A DNA stretch of 64,000 bases, taken from NCBI GenBank assembly GCA_963701965.1, contig OY969695.1, forward strand, positions 640,001 to 704,000. The letters run 5' to 3'. Position numbers and translations under genes: made by a program. The notes under the pieces were generated by a model, which was not told the origin of the DNA, searched no databases, and worked only from the letters and a program-made list of their open reading frames with translations. This stretch comes from an uncultured Gemmatimonadales bacterium. GTDB lineage: Bacteria > Gemmatimonadota > Gemmatimonadetes > Gemmatimonadales > Gemmatimonadaceae. This document shows, piece by piece, positions 16,403-28,713 of the stretch. The first letter of the stretch is position 1, and each line of letters starts with the position of its first letter.

Positions 16403-19400
16403 ATGCGTCAATTAGCACCGACGCTGCGGTGGCTGCTCGTGGCGGCCATGACGGCAGCACCAGCGGCACTCGTCGCCCAGAACGGGATCGTCACCGGTCG
16501 GGTCATCGACAAGGCCTCCGGTCTCGGCATTCCGGCGGTCCAGGTGACCGTGGCCGGCACCGCGATCCGGACGCAGAGCAATGACAGCGGCGTCTACCGG
16601 ATGCGGAACGTCCCGGCAGGCACACAGCACATTCACGCCATTCGACTCGGCTACACCGCGAACGACGCGGTCGTCAGCGTTTCGGCACTTGGCACCGTGA
16701 CTGCCGATATCACCTTGAACGCGGCGTCAGTGACCCTGACGACCGTCGAAGTCACAGGGACCGGACAGCAGAAGTCGGCGCGCGAGGTGGCGACCCTCAC
16801 GCCGAGCATCACACCAGATTCGCTGAACCTCGCCGCCTCACCGAACTTCGCCAGCGTCCTCGAGGCCTCCACCCCTGGCGTGCAGGTCGTGCAGTCCAGC
16901 GGCACGACCGGGACCGGGGCCCGCATTCGCATTCGCGGCGCGAGCAGCGTGTCGCTCTCCAATGAGCCGCTGATCGTCATCGACGGGGTCGAGGTGGACA
17001 ACAATGCCAACCCCCAGACGTTGACCGTCGGCGTCGGCGGACAAATGACGTCCCGCCTCAATGACATCAATCCGGACGAGATCGACAACATTCAGACCCT
17101 GCAGGGCCCCGCCGCGACAGGACTGTACGGGACGGCGGCCGCCAACGGCGTCATCGTGATCACCACGAAGCGCGGGCAGTCCGGAAAGGCCCACTGGGAT
17201 GGCTTCATCGAGAACGGCGAGATTCACGACGACAACAACTACCCGAACGACATCGGCACGTTCTTCTCGATTCAGCCTGCAAAGGGTCCACCAATACATC
17301 TCACACCCAATAACGGCGGCTGCGCCCTGTGGAACCAGGCGGAAGGCGAGTGCACGATCGACAGCCTGGCCGTGTTCAACCCGCTCAACAGCGCGGTCAG
17401 CCCGCTGCGCGTCGGACGCCGGCAGGAGTACAACCTGTCGACCAGCGGCGGTTCGGACGTCAACCAGTACTTCGTCGCCGGCGACTACCAGCTCGAGAAC
17501 GGCACGCTCCAGAACAACCAGCTCCAGAAGACGAATGCCCGCGCCAACTTCAGCACGCGGCCCACGTCGGATCCTGTCGCTGTCATTCAGCGGCGGCTAC
17601 ATCGCCAGTAACACGCGCCTCCCGCAGAACGACAACAACGTGCTGGGCGTGCTCTCGACGGGCTTGCTCGGCAACGGTCTGTCGGGCCCGGAAAACAATT
17701 TTGGATACTTCGCCGGCGGCGGCGTGAATCCGACGAACGTGCTCAATCTCCACACGTTCTCGGACATCCAGCGCTGGACACCGTCGCTCCAAGCCAACTA
17801 TCAACCATTGCACTGGCTCACGGCGAACGTGACGGCCGGGTTCGACATCGTCAATCAGGACGATCAGGACGGCGCGCCGCCGAATACGGTCGATTTCGCC
17901 AGCGACGTGCTCGGCTTCCGCGTCCGCGACCGGATCGAGACCGAGACGTATACGATCAACGAGAACACAAACGCCGTGGCCCGCCTGCCGTTCGACATCA
18001 CGTCGACGAGCACCGTGGGCGGCAGCTGGCGCCGGACGTTGTTCACCGGCAACTTCGCCCAGGGCTTCGGTCTCACCAGCGGATCGTTCTCGCTGGCCAG
18101 CGTTTCCCAGCAGCAAGCGGTCAGCGAAGTGCAGCAGGACGAGCGCACGCTGGGCGGATTCATGCAGCAGCAGTTCGGCTGGCGCGACAAGCTCTTCGTG
18201 TCAGGCGGCGTCCGGTTGGACAAGAATAGCTCGACCGGTTTCGCGGCGGGCACGACCGCGTACCCCACGGCCCAGGTGTCCTACGTCATCAGCGACGAGC
18301 CCTGGTTCCCCAAGAGCAGCATTCTCACGGCCCTCAAGCTCCGGGCCGCGGTCGGCCAGTCCGGATTGCACCCGGACTTCCTGAACGCGCTCGTATTCAA
18401 GAATCCGGCTCCGGCGGTCACGCCGGAGGGTGGCAGTACCGCCGCCTTCACGGCCGGCAATCCCGGAAACCCGGACCTCAAGCCGGAGCGGACCACAGAA
18501 GTAGAGACGGGCCTCGACCTCTCGCTCCTCAGAGACCGCCTCACCGTCGGCCTGACGTACTACGACAAGCATACGACGGATGCGCTGGTGCAGGAGCAGC
18601 TCGCCGGCTCGGTCGGCGATACCACCTTCCAATGGATCAACATCGGCAAGGTGCGGAACCGCGGGCTCGAGCTGCAGACGACCGCGATCCTCGTCGACAT
18701 GCGGCGCGTGAACTTCACGGTCTCGGGCAACTTCTCGACGCTCGAGAATCGCCTGCAGGAACTGGGCACGATCAACAACACGCCGATCATCTTCGGCTTG
18801 GGTGGCGCGACGCAGGAACACGCGCAGGGCTTCCCACTGGGCGGCTACTGGGCGTTCCCCTACACGTTCAGCGACAAGAACCACGATGGCCTCATCGAGG
18901 AGAACGAAGTCACCGTCGGCACGACGCGCCAGTACATGGGGAGCACGCTGCCCACGGCGACGGCTTCGCTTAGCCCTCAGCTCACCCTGTTCAAGGTCAT
19001 CCGACTGAGCTCGCTGTTCGACTTCCAGGGCGGCAACAAGCTGTACAACTCCACCGCCGAGTTCCGGTGCGCGCAGATCCTCAATTGCTCCGAGGACTTC
19101 CAGAAGTCCGCTTCGACGCTCGCCCTCCAGGCGCGCGACATCGCCGACCGGGACTTCGGCACACCTGCGGGCTTCTTCCAGGATGCGGGTTTCTGGAAGT
19201 GGCGTGAGGCGGCGGTTTCGCTGCTCCTGCCGGCCCAGTGGGCGCGAAGGATCGCCGCCCGGGGCGCTACGCTGACGTTCGCCGCGCGCAACCTGCGCAC
19301 GTGGACCAACTACAAGGGGTTCGACCCGGAAGTCAGCACCGCCGGACAGAACAATTTCGTTCTGGCGGACTTCCTGACCCTTCCGCCCGTCCGCTACTAC

Positions 19401-19427
19401 ACGTTCCGCGTCACCCTGAACTACTGA
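16403..19427 (+). CDS. SusC/RagA-like TonB-dependent outer-membrane receptor (one +1 frameshift near 17570)
   Basis: Carboxypeptidase-regulatory-like N-domain; RIRIRG.SS, PLIVIDG, LNDINPDEI and YG..AANGVIVITTKRG; GNPDLKPERT.E.E.G.D; terminal aromatic residue. The two ORF-track pieces join in frame after removing one base. Confidence 0.88.
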
Positions 19428-20759
19428 TGATATCCATGCGACCATACATCAAACTTGTCGCGGTCGTCGCGCTCCTCTCGGCGTGCGACAATCGTACGCT
19501 GCGGGTGACCGCGCCCGACGTGGTGCAGCCGTCGGCCCTCAACACCGTGGCGGCGCTCTCCACCGCCACGGCCGCCGTCTATGGTGACTTCGGGTATGCC
19601 TATGCGGGCAACGGGGGCAATGACGAAGGCGTCATTGAGCTCGGCGGTCTCCTGGGCGACGAGTTCCATTCGTCGGACACGTTCCCAACACGGAACCAGA
19701 TCGATGAGCGAGCGACCACCAACGACAACGCGCAGGATGGCAGCATCTACAATCGCATCCAGCGCGCACGGGCCACGGCGGAATTCGCCGCGAATCAGTA
19801 CCACACCCTCGCGCCGAAAGACGCCTTTGGGCCCGAAGCGTATAGCTTCGTGGGCTTCTCCTATCTGCTGATGGGAGAGAACTACTGCTCCGGGGTCCCC
19901 TTCAGCAATGAGACGTCGAGCGGCACGATCGTGTACGGCAAGCTGGAGTCAACCGCGCAGATCTGGCACGAAGCGATTCTCCGGTTCGACTCGGCGTTGA
20001 CTCAGCTGCCAAGCGATAGCGGCGACACGGCGACCGGAATTGAACCTGGCCCGCGTCGGCCTGGGACGCGCACTCGTCGACTCCGGCGCCTACGCAGCGG
20101 CGGCAGCCGCGGTGGCGGCGGTACCGGACAAGTTTGTTTTCAATCAAGGATACTCCATCGCCAACAACCGCACCGTCAATGGCGTGTGGGAGTACACGTT
20201 CAACGAAGGGCGGTACACGATCCCCAACGCGGAGGGCGACGTCGGCATTCCGTGGATTGCGGCCGCCGATCCCCGCGTACCGACGCTGGACACGAAGGGC
20301 ACGGGTTTCGACAACGGCACGGAGCTCGTGCTGCAGTTGCGGGATACGAATCAGAGCGTGCCGATCCCGTTGGCCAGTGGGATCGAGGCCCGGTTGATCG
20401 AGGCCGAGGCCGCCCTCGCCGCGAACAGCACGGCCAACTTCTTGAGCTTCATCAACAGAGCGCGGGCCGCGTACGCCGCCGTGTACAAGGTGAAGGTGCC
20501 GTCAGTCAGCGCGGTGCCGGCTGGCATGACACCGGTACAGTTCCTGTTCCAGGAACGCGCGTTCAATCTCTGGTTGACCGCACACCGCTTGGGGGACGAG
20601 CGTCGCGAGATGCGACAGTATGGCTTTACGGCCAATCAGGCTTTCCCGAACGGTCCCTATCCGAAGGGTGGCGTGTTCGGCAACGAAGTGGCTCTCCTGT
20701 TGCCGATCACGGAACAGCCCAATCCGAACTACGCGGCTTGTAACGGCAATCTTCCCTGA
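19427..20759 (+). CDS. SusD/RagB-like lipoprotein (one +1 frameshift near 20037)
   Basis: LSAC lipobox; ENYCSGVPF, EARLIEAEA, ER...LW..AHRLGD.RR and LP...E..NPN; directly follows the SusC-like gene. Confidence 0.85.
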
Positions 20760-20784
20760 CCCGACGCTCGCGTCGGCGTAGCAC

Positions 20785-20825
20785 AGCGGGCGGCGACCAC
20801 CACGGTCGCCGCCCGCTCTTTCTTT
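20785..20825 (+). terminator. Rho-independent terminator
   Basis: 14-bp stem AGCGGGCGGCGACC / GGTCGCCGCCCGCT followed by CTTTCTTT. Confidence 0.85.
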
Positions 20826-20838
20826 CCGGTTGATCGCG

Positions 20839-22327
20839 CTAGTTGCCATGCGACGTCGCCCGCGTCCAGATCACCACGACCGTGCACGCTGTCGGTGCCG
20901 TCCCGTTCATGGGCTTGGCGCTCCCGCTCTGAGGCGTCGAGTTTCGTCGCCGCGCGAGCGGTGCTGGTGGTCAACGGGTCCACGTTATTGAACTCGGCGG
21001 GGATCGCATCCTGCAAGATGTTCTGTGGCGCCGCCGCCGGATGGTACACTTCGATCCCGATGATATCCGGGAGCTGGACATAGTTGTCAATGGTGCCCGG
21101 GGGTTGGTCGGTATACGCCAGGCCATCGATCATATAGAGCACGCACGAGTGGCCACCCGTGAGCTCCCCGTCGGGCTGCGACACGACGGACTGTCCGTTC
21201 CGAAACACCACCCGGAGGCCACCGATCGTGCGCGCCAGATCGGAGAAGACGACCGCCGGCTGTCGTGCAATGTCCTCGCTCGTCATGAAAGCGCCCGCGC
21301 TCGAGCGGCGCCGCTCCCGAATCCGACCCGCTTGAGCGCGTTCTCACGACTCGCGGTCACGTTCACCGTCTCCAGGACCGGCGGCCCCGCGTGCAGCGTG
21401 ACGTCGATCGCCGCGGGCGCCTGGCTGGAGAGCACGACCGCGGCATCCTGCGCCCGGAACCCGACCTTCCGAAACAGCACGGTCTCCGATCCCGGAGGCA
21501 AATTCCCGAGCACGAACGCCCCATCTTTTCCCGTCACGGTCTGGCTGGTCGAGTCGAAGATCACGTTGACACCCGGCAGGGGCGCCGCGTGCTCATCCGT
21601 GACCCGGCCCCGCACGACCGCGGACCGCACGGTGATGGCTGGCATCGCCTCGGGCACGTGCAGCGTCACGACCGCTATGGGCGCGCTCGACACCTCGACG
21701 GGCATCGCCGCGGTCGTGACCTTGCCCCGGACGGCCCGCACCGATCCCCCAATCCCGGTCGGAATACCGCAGAATGTGATACGAGCCATCCCGCCCGACC
21801 GCGACAGAGCGGCTGTTGAGGTTCCGCCGGAACCCGGCTTCCTTGCTCGCCGCAACCGAGACCCAGGAAAACTGCACTGTCGCGTCAGCCACCGGCTCAT
21901 CGCTGTCGGCTTTGACGACGTGCCCAATGATCGCGGCCGGACCACGCTCCCGCTCCGCCGCCGGACAGTACACGCCGACGACGGTGGCCGCCGACGGAGT
22001 CGCCAGAACGAACGATGTGGTACCACCCGCTGGGAACACGATGTCGTTGCTGGCAACCGACACGCCGATCGAGTCGAGCAGTGGATCGAAAATGCCGACC
22101 CGGTGGGCACCGGGTGGAATGCCAGTAATCAGAAAGTGGCCAGTGGAGTCCACCTTCGCTTGCGCGGTCGTTCCCGTCACTGCGACTATCGCGCCGGCCA
22201 GCGGGCCACCGTGAATGCTATCCAACACCACGCCCGTCGCCGACGATGCTGGCGCGGCCGCCGGACCGGGTTCCTGGGCCCCCGCGGTCGCCGCACACAG
22301 GAGCACGGTAACAAATGGACCGCGCAT
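20839..22327 (-). CDS. Secreted protein with tandem carboxypeptidase-regulatory-like domains and a TonB plug-like C-terminus (three frameshifts near 21773, 21318 and 20943)
   Basis: Pieces in three ORFs (G.V.DS..G.PL.GA.V; G.VTDE..APL.GV.V; C..Y.IDG...IIGIEVY). A C-terminal CTVVVIWTR ending at TAG 20839-20841 lies in a further frame. Confidence 0.75.
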
Positions 22328-22417
22328 ACTACCCGATCATAACAATTCGACCATAGGAGCGCCACTCAGCGTGACCACTCGAAGACGCCGCCGAGCCTGC
22401 GGCCGTCGGATTGCCGC

Positions 22418-23233
22418 TCAACTGCTCGCGTCGACCAGCTCCCACTCGATCGGCGCAGACCGCCCGTCGCCGGTGACATCGCCGAACCGCGCGATGGCCT
22501 CGCGCAACGCGGCGCCCGATCGCTCGAGCGCGGCACCGGTGTGCCGGAGGTTGTCGGTCAGCTCGCGCTGCCGCGCCGTCGCTCCCGCCACGTGCGCCGT
22601 CTCGGCCGCGGTGCCTTCGGCGACCCGCGCCACCTGCGTCGTCGCCGTGCCCAGATCGCCGACGAGCGCTTCGGCCTCGGCGGACGCGGTCACCACGCCC
22701 TGCGCCAGCGTCACCGTGCGCAACAGCGCTTCGCGCACTATTTGCTGTTCTGGCGCCCGCAGGCTGGCGAGCCGGGCGACCGCATCCGCGGCGGCGAGCG
22801 CCTCGCGCGCCGTGGCGACGACTGCACCGGCCGCCACGGTCAGACGCTGGGCGGCCCCGCCAATGCGCCGCGCCGTCAGCGTGCTCTCATACGCACCGGC
22901 CGTGAGTCGCGCCAACGACGCCGTGACCTGCTCCGCGACATCAGCCACCGCTTCACTGATGCGCGTCACATCGGCGGCAGATTCCAGCACCACATCCCCC
23001 GTCCGGCGCGTCTGGCCCACCAGCCAAGCGACGTCGGGAGCCGGCGACGGTTCGCCGACCGGTTGGGCGCGCGCGATGATACCGTTGAGCCGGTGGACGA
23101 CCCACCATAGCGCCAGCAACGACAGTGCCGCGGCGGCGACAACATCCAGTGGCCGAAATCCCCGGAAACCGACGACCGACGCGACGGTCCCGATGATCAG
23201 CAGCAAGACGCCGAGCGCGGATGTGACCTTCAC
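22418..23233 (-). CDS. Membrane-anchored coiled-coil protein resembling a degenerate methyl-accepting chemotaxis protein
   Basis: Two N-terminal TM helices followed by Ala-rich heptads (ATTQVARVAEGTAAETAHVAGAT..QRE...L); lacks the conserved MCP hairpin-tip motif. Confidence 0.55.
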   Translation of the reverse strand: MKVTSALGVLLLIIGTVASVVGFRGFRPLDVVAAAALSLLALWWVVHRLNGIIARAQPVGEPSPAPDVAWLVGQTRRTGDVVLESAADVTRISEAVADVAEQVTASLARLTAGAYESTLTARRIGGAAQRLTVAAGAVVATAREALAAADAVARLASLRAPEQQIVREALLRTVTLAQGVVTASAEAEALVGDLGTATTQVARVAEGTAAETAHVAGATARQRELTDNLRHTGAALERSGAALREAIARFGDVTGDGRSAPIEWELVDASS

Positions 23234-23275
23234 GCGTCGAACCTACCGGCGGAGGATGGGGGATGCTACGGACGC

Positions 23276-23305
23276 GGGGTGATCGACCGAGGCAATGGGG
23301 TGAAA
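23276..23305 (-). promoter_or_regulatory. Putative LytTR box D upstream of the MCP-like gene
   Basis: On the minus strand, TTTCACCCC (23305-23297) and GATCACCCC (23284-23276) are 21 bp apart; a TAGGTT -10 box lies 6 nt before the GTG start. Confidence 0.65.
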
Positions 23306-23348
23306 GAGGGCACCGCACGGTGACCGGCCACGGTGCGGTTCGTCACCT

Positions 23349-25445
23349 GTGGTGGACACTCATTTAGTGGCGCGGGATGTGATCAAGCGCGCGCCTTGGA
23401 CGAGCATCGCCGCTGTGTACGCTGCCGCGTACATCCTCCTGACGGTGACGCACGCCCATGTCCTCGCGGTCCTGGGATCCGCGGCCTCGCCCGCCGCGTC
23501 GCTCCCGCTCAATCTCACAACCGTCGCGCTCTTCTGGACGGCCTCGCTGCGCACCGACATGGATGCCCGGCTGGCGCGCGCGCTCCGTTTGGCTGCGAGC
23601 GCGTCGGCCATCGTCGCGCTCGGCCAATGCGGCGGACTCTACGTGACGTTCGCGGAACGCAACGATCCGGACTTTTCGTGGGCGAACCTGCTGTACCTCC
23701 TGTACTACCCGTTCATGCTCGCCGCGCTACTCCAGTTGCCGCGCGCGGGGCGGGCGCACCTCGAGTGGTGGAAGTTCGCGCTCGACGCCGCCACCGTCGT
23801 CGTGGGCGGCGCCGTCGTCGTCTGGTTTTTCGTGTTGCACCCGACCACGTCGGGACCGCTCGACCCCCGGGCCGTGGCGCTCATCTTCGCGTTCCCGCTG
23901 GGCGATCTCCTGCTGCTCCTCGGCCTCACGACGATCATCCTCCGTCAGCCCGAAGGACGACAATCCGTCGCCTTCCGCCTGCTGCTGTTCGGCCAGTTCA
24001 TCGGCATCTGCGCCGATCTCTGCGGCACCGTGCTGCTACCGGCAACCGGCACGCTCAACTCGCCGTTGCCAGATTGCTTGTACTTCGTGACGGCAGTCAT
24101 CACCATCGCCAGCGGCGAGCAATACGTCCGCGGACCGCGCCACGCCGCGGCGCCGCGCGAAGCCGCCACCGGCCCGTCAATGGTCAACCGCTACCAGCTC
24201 GGCAGCCCGCTGCCCTATATCGCGGCCGGCGTCGTCTATCTGCTGGCGCTTGGCGTCGCCGTGTCGCAGTGGCCATCGCCCCTGAGCGGCTTGGTCATCG
24301 CCGCGGCGCCCGTCACGCTGCTCCTCACCGCGCGCGGCGTCGTGGCCGTGCGACAGAACGCCCAACTGTTGATCGAGCAGGGCGAACGCGCGGGCCAAGC
24401 CCGGCTGGTCGCCTTGCTCGAGGCGACGACGGACTTCGTCGGCGTCGCCGATGAGATGGGCAACGCCTCGTATATCAATCGCGCCGGCCGGCGGATGATC
24501 GGCGCCAGCGACGACGAAGATCTCCGCCTCCTGGGGTTCACCGGCTTTCATCCGCCGCACGCGGCGCGCGTGACGGCGGAGGTGGCGATCCCGCACGCCC
24601 TTCAGGAGGGCGTCTGGGAGGGCGAGTCGACGATTCGCACCCGGGATGGCCGCGAGGTCCCCGTCTCGCAGGTGATCGTCGCGCACGTGTCGGCCCACGG
24701 CGACCGGTCGGTGTCCACGATCATGCGGGACATCAGCGGCTGGAAACGCCTCGACCGCATGAAGAGTGAGTTCGTGTCGACGGTGTCCCATGAGCTGCGC
24801 ACTCCGCTGACCGCCATCCGGGGATCACTCGGTCTCCTGGAAGGCGGACCGTTTGCCCAACTCCCGGTGCCCGCGACCAATCTGCTCCGGATCGCCCGCA
24901 GCAACTGCGATCGCTTGGTCCGTCTGCTCAACGACATGCTGGACCTGGACAAGATCGAGGCCGGCAAACTGGCGATCCGACCCGTCGCCCTGGAACCGCG
25001 CGATGTCGTCCGGGCGACGCTCGATGCGCTCCGACCGATGGCCGTGCAACGGAGCATCACGCTCGACGAACGCGTCGAAGCCCCCGGACGGGTCATGGGC
25101 GATCGCGATCGCATCATCCAGGTGCTCACCAATCTGGTGTCGAACGCGATCAAGTTCTCATCGCCGGGCGCCGCCGTGACCGTCTCGGCCGCGGGCGCGC
25201 CGACGGTACGGTTCACGGTGACCAATCCCGGTCCGGGGATCGCCGCGCACGATCTGCCGCGCCTCTTCGCGCGGTTCCAGCAACTCGACGGCTCGGATCG
25301 GCGCGAGCATAGCGGCACCGGTCTCGGTCTGGCGATCGCCAAAGCGATCGTGGAGCAACACGGCGGCACGATCGGCGTGGAGTCGGAACCTGGCGTGCTG
25401 ACGACCTTCTGGTTCGAGCTTCCGGCGTCCGAGACGCCCGCATGA
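23349..25445 (+). CDS. Multi-TM PAS-domain sensor histidine kinase 1
   Basis: About nine TM segments; PAS domain (YINRAG..M.G, WEGE....RDG); [17 protein letters not shown] and GTGLGLAI motifs. Confidence 0.9.
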   Translation: MVDTHLVARDVIKRAPWTSIAAVYAAAYILLTVTHAHVLAVLGSAASPAASLPLNLTTVALFWTASLRTDMDARLARALRLAASASAIVALGQCGGLYVTFAERNDPDFSWANLLYLLYYPFMLAALLQLPRAGRAHLEWWKFALDAATVVVGGAVVVWFFVLHPTTSGPLDPRAVALIFAFPLGDLLLLLGLTTIILRQPEGRQSVAFRLLLFGQFIGICADLCGTVLLPATGTLNSPLPDCLYFVTAVITIASGEQYVRGPRHAAAPREAATGPSMVNRYQLGSPLPYIAAGVVYLLALGVAVSQWPSPLSGLVIAAAPVTLLLTARGVVAVRQNAQLLIEQGERAGQARLVALLEATTDFVGVADEMGNASYINRAGRRMIGASDDEDLRLLGFTGFHPPHAARVTAEVAIPHALQEGVWEGESTIRTRDGREVPVSQVIVAHVSAHGDRSVSTIMRDISGWKRLDRMKSEFVSTVSHELRTPLTAIRGSLGLLEGGPFAQLPVPATNLLRIARSNCDRLVRLLNDMLDLDKIEAGKLAIRPVALEPRDVVRATLDALRPMAVQRSITLDERVEAPGRVMGDRDRIIQVLTNLVSNAIKFSSPGAAVTVSAAGAPTVRFTVTNPGPGIAAHDLPRLFARFQQLDGSDRREHSGTGLGLAIAKAIVEQHGGTIGVESEPGVLTTFWFELPASETPA

Positions 25446-27588
25446 CGGCCACGGTGCGACGCAATGCGTGGGCAGTCGCCGCGACGGTCTACGGCCTGGC
25501 AGATCTCGTCTGGATCGCGACGGGATGGCGGAGCGCGACGCCCCTGGCGATGCTCATCGACAATGGCGCGACGGTACCCATTAGCCTCGCCGCCGCCATC
25601 GCGTTCTATCTGGCCTCCCGGCATCACGCCAAGGACTCGCGCCTGGCCACGAGCCTGGGATTGCTGGCGCTCGGCATGGCCTTCGACGCCATCGGATCGA
25701 CGTGGTTCACCGAAGTGGCGGTGGTACAGCACGTCAATCCGGGGCTCTCCTTGGCCCAGGTGCCGTTCCTGGCGTTCTATCCCCCCGTCTTCGCCGCGTT
25801 TCTGCTGCTCCCGCGAGCGCGGCGCGCGCGCCTCGAGTGGTGGAAGTTCACGATCGACGCGCTGACAGTGCTGGTCGCGAGCGCGGTGATCGTCTGGTAT
25901 TTCACCATCGGTCCGTTGTTCACGACCGAGGTGTTGCACGACTCGTACGGGGCGGCACTCGCGATTCTGTTTCCCACCGGCGACATCCTGCTTCTGTTCG
26001 CGCTTACGACGATCGCGTTGCGGCAGCCGGCCGGCCGGCGCTCGAGCGCCTTTGTCCTGCTGTTCGTGGGATCCCTCGCCTTGATCGTGTCGGATCTCAT
26101 GTACGCGATCCTGTTCGCCGAGACGGGGGCGGGATTGCCGCTGCCGGAGGCGGTGTCGACCATCGGCTTCGTCGCCATAGTCTGGAGCGCGACGCGCTAC
26201 GTCGATGCGCCGCCGGGCATGCCCGAGCGCGTCGAAGAGCGCGCGACGAGAGCGGGGCTCCTCAATCCATATCAACTGGGCAGCCCGCTGCCCTATGCCG
26301 CCGCCGCGGCCGTGTACGTGCTCGCGCTGGTCGCCGCGCTCCGGGCCTGGCCCTCACCGCTTAGTGGGCTGGTGGTAGCCGCGGCGCCCGTGACGCTGCT
26401 CCTCACCGCGCGCGGGCTCGTCGCGGTGCGCCAGAATGCGCGCCTGCTCACGGAGCGGGCCGAGCGCGCGGGCGAAGCGCGGCTCGTCGCCCTGCTGGAT
26501 GCGACCACCGATCTCGTGGCCGTATCGAATGCGCAGGGCCGCATCACCTATCTCAATCGCGGCGGCCGCCAGAATGCTCGGCATCGATGATCACGAGCCG
26601 CTCGTGACGATGGTCCTGAACGACATCTACGAGTCGGCGGCGCAACGCTACGCCAGGGACATCGCCGTGCCCGCCGCTCTGCGCGACGGGGTGTGGGAGG
26701 GGGAGTCGACCATCCGGACGCGCCGCGGCCAGGAGATTCCCGTTTCCCAGGTGATCGTGGCCCACCGGTCGCGGAACGGCGACCGGTCGGTGTCGACGAT
26801 CATGCGGGACATCAGCGGTTGGAAGCGGCTCGATCGGATGAAGAGCGAGTTCGTGTCGACCGTCTCCCACGAGCTGCGCACGCCGCTCACGGCTATTCGG
26901 GGATCGCTGGGCCTGTTGGAGAGCGGCACCGCCGGCCAGCTGCCGCCAAAAGCGGTGCAGCTCCTGCGCATGGCGCGCGACAATTGCGACCGGTTGGTCC
27001 GCCTGCTCAACGACATGCTGGACCTGGACAAGATCGAGGCCGGCAAGCTCGAGCTGCGCCCGACGGTGGTCATCCCGGCCGATGTGGTGCGGGCCACGCT
27101 GGACGACTTGCGGGCCATCGCGGGGCAGCGCGGCATCCGGTGTGTGGAGAACATTCGAGCTGGAGGCCGAGGTCATCGCCGATCGCGACCGCATCGTGCA
27201 GGTGCTGACCAACCTGGTATCGAATGCCATCAAATTCTCGCCCGCCGACTCGATCGTCCGGGTGTCGATCTGCCGGGGCTCGGCGTCACCATCGAGCCAA
27301 GCGACGTTGCGCTTCGCGGTCGAGAATCCCGGTCGCGGCATCGACCCCCACGACCTGCCCCGGCTCTTCGGTCGATTCCAACAACTGGATGGCTCCGATC
27401 AACGCCATCACAGTGGGACCGGTCTGGGACTGGCGATCGCCAAGGCGATCGTCGAGCAACACGGGGGCACGATCGGGGTCGCGTCCGACCCCGGCGTGCG
27501 CACGACGTTCTGGTTCGAGCTCCCCGAGATGACTGCCGCGGCCGCCGCGCAACTGCGCGGCGACCCGGTGCTGGCTACGCGACAGTAA
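25442..27588 (+). CDS. Multi-TM PAS-domain sensor histidine kinase 2, tandem paralog (frameshifts near 26572 and 27155)
   Basis: Same architecture as kinase 1 with long identical peptide stretches; split across three ORFs. Confidence 0.85.
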
Positions 27589-28657
27589 TAGTCTCGTCGA
27601 GATAGACATCCTGCACGGTGTGCAGGAGTCGGACCCCGTCGTCCATCGGCCGTTGGAACGCTTTCCGCCCCGTGATGAGGCCCGTGCCGCCAGCCCGCTT
27701 GTTGATGACGGCGGTCTTCACGACCTCGGCGAAATCGTCCTCGCCCGACGCCCCGCCCGAATTGATGAGACCCGAGCGACCCATATAGCATCCCGCGAGC
27801 TGGTAGCGCGTGAGGTCGATCGGATGGTCGGTCGTCAGCGCCGAATACACGCGCTTGTCGGTCTTGCCATACGATGTCTTGTACGCGGCGGCGACGGCGC
27901 CGAAGCCGTTGTTGATCGTCGGCAGCTTCTGCTTGATGATGTCCGCTTCGATCGTCACGCCCAAGTGGTTCGCCTGCGACGTGAGGTCGGCAGCCAAGTG
28001 ATAATCCTTCCCGTCGATGACGAAGGCCGGGTTGCGCAGGTAGCACCACAGGATCGTGGCCATGCCGAGCTCGCGCGCGTGTTGGAACGCATGGCTTACT
28101 TCGGTGATCTGGCGCGTGGACTCGTCGGATCCGAAGTAGATCGTCGCACCCACCGCCGCGGCACCCATATCCCAGGCTTGCCGCACGGTCCCGAACATCA
28201 CTTGGTCGAACTTGTTCGGGTAGGTGAGCAGCTCGTTGTGGTTGAGTTTCGCGATAAACGGGATCCGGTGGGCATACTTGCGCGCCACGGCGCCGAGCAC
28301 GCCGACGGTCGAAGCCACCGCGTTGCACTCGCCTTCGATCGCCAGTTGGACGATGGCCTCGGGATCGAAATAGGCCGGATTGCGGGCGAACGATGCGCCC
28401 GCCGAATGCTCGACCCCCTGGTCGACCGGCAGGATCGACAGGTAGCCCGTACCGGCCAGCCGCCCGTGATTGAACATTGCCCGCAGGTTCCGCAGGACCT
28501 GGATGGGGCGGTCGGTCTGCGCGTAGACCCGGTCCACGAAGTCCGGACCGGGCAGATGCAGCAAGGACTTGGAAATCGTGCGGGATTCGTGTGTCAGCAG
28601 GTCCTCGGCATCCTTCCCGAGGTACTGCTCGAGCGTAGATTGTACCGTAGTTGCCAT
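27575..28657 (-). CDS. fbaB: Class I fructose-bisphosphate aldolase (DhnA/FbaB type)
   Basis: [47 protein letters not shown] and [17 protein letters not shown]. Confidence 0.95.
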   Translation of the reverse strand: MATTVQSTLEQYLGKDAEDLLTHESRTISKSLLHLPGPDFVDRVYAQTDRPIQVLRNLRAMFNHGRLAGTGYLSILPVDQGVEHSAGASFARNPAYFDPEAIVQLAIEGECNAVASTVGVLGAVARKYAHRIPFIAKLNHNELLTYPNKFDQVMFGTVRQAWDMGAAAVGATIYFGSDESTRQITEVSHAFQHARELGMATILWCYLRNPAFVIDGKDYHLAADLTSQANHLGVTIEADIIKQKLPTINNGFGAVAAAYKTSYGKTDKRVYSALTTDHPIDLTRYQLAGCYMGRSGLINSGGASGEDDFAEVVKTAVINKRAGGTGLITGRKAFQRPMDDGVRLLHTVQDVYLDETITVA

Positions 28658-28713
28658 AGTCTGAAATCTGCCACGTCGCGAGCCAAATCGCGATACGGTT
28701 GGGACTCAACAAT

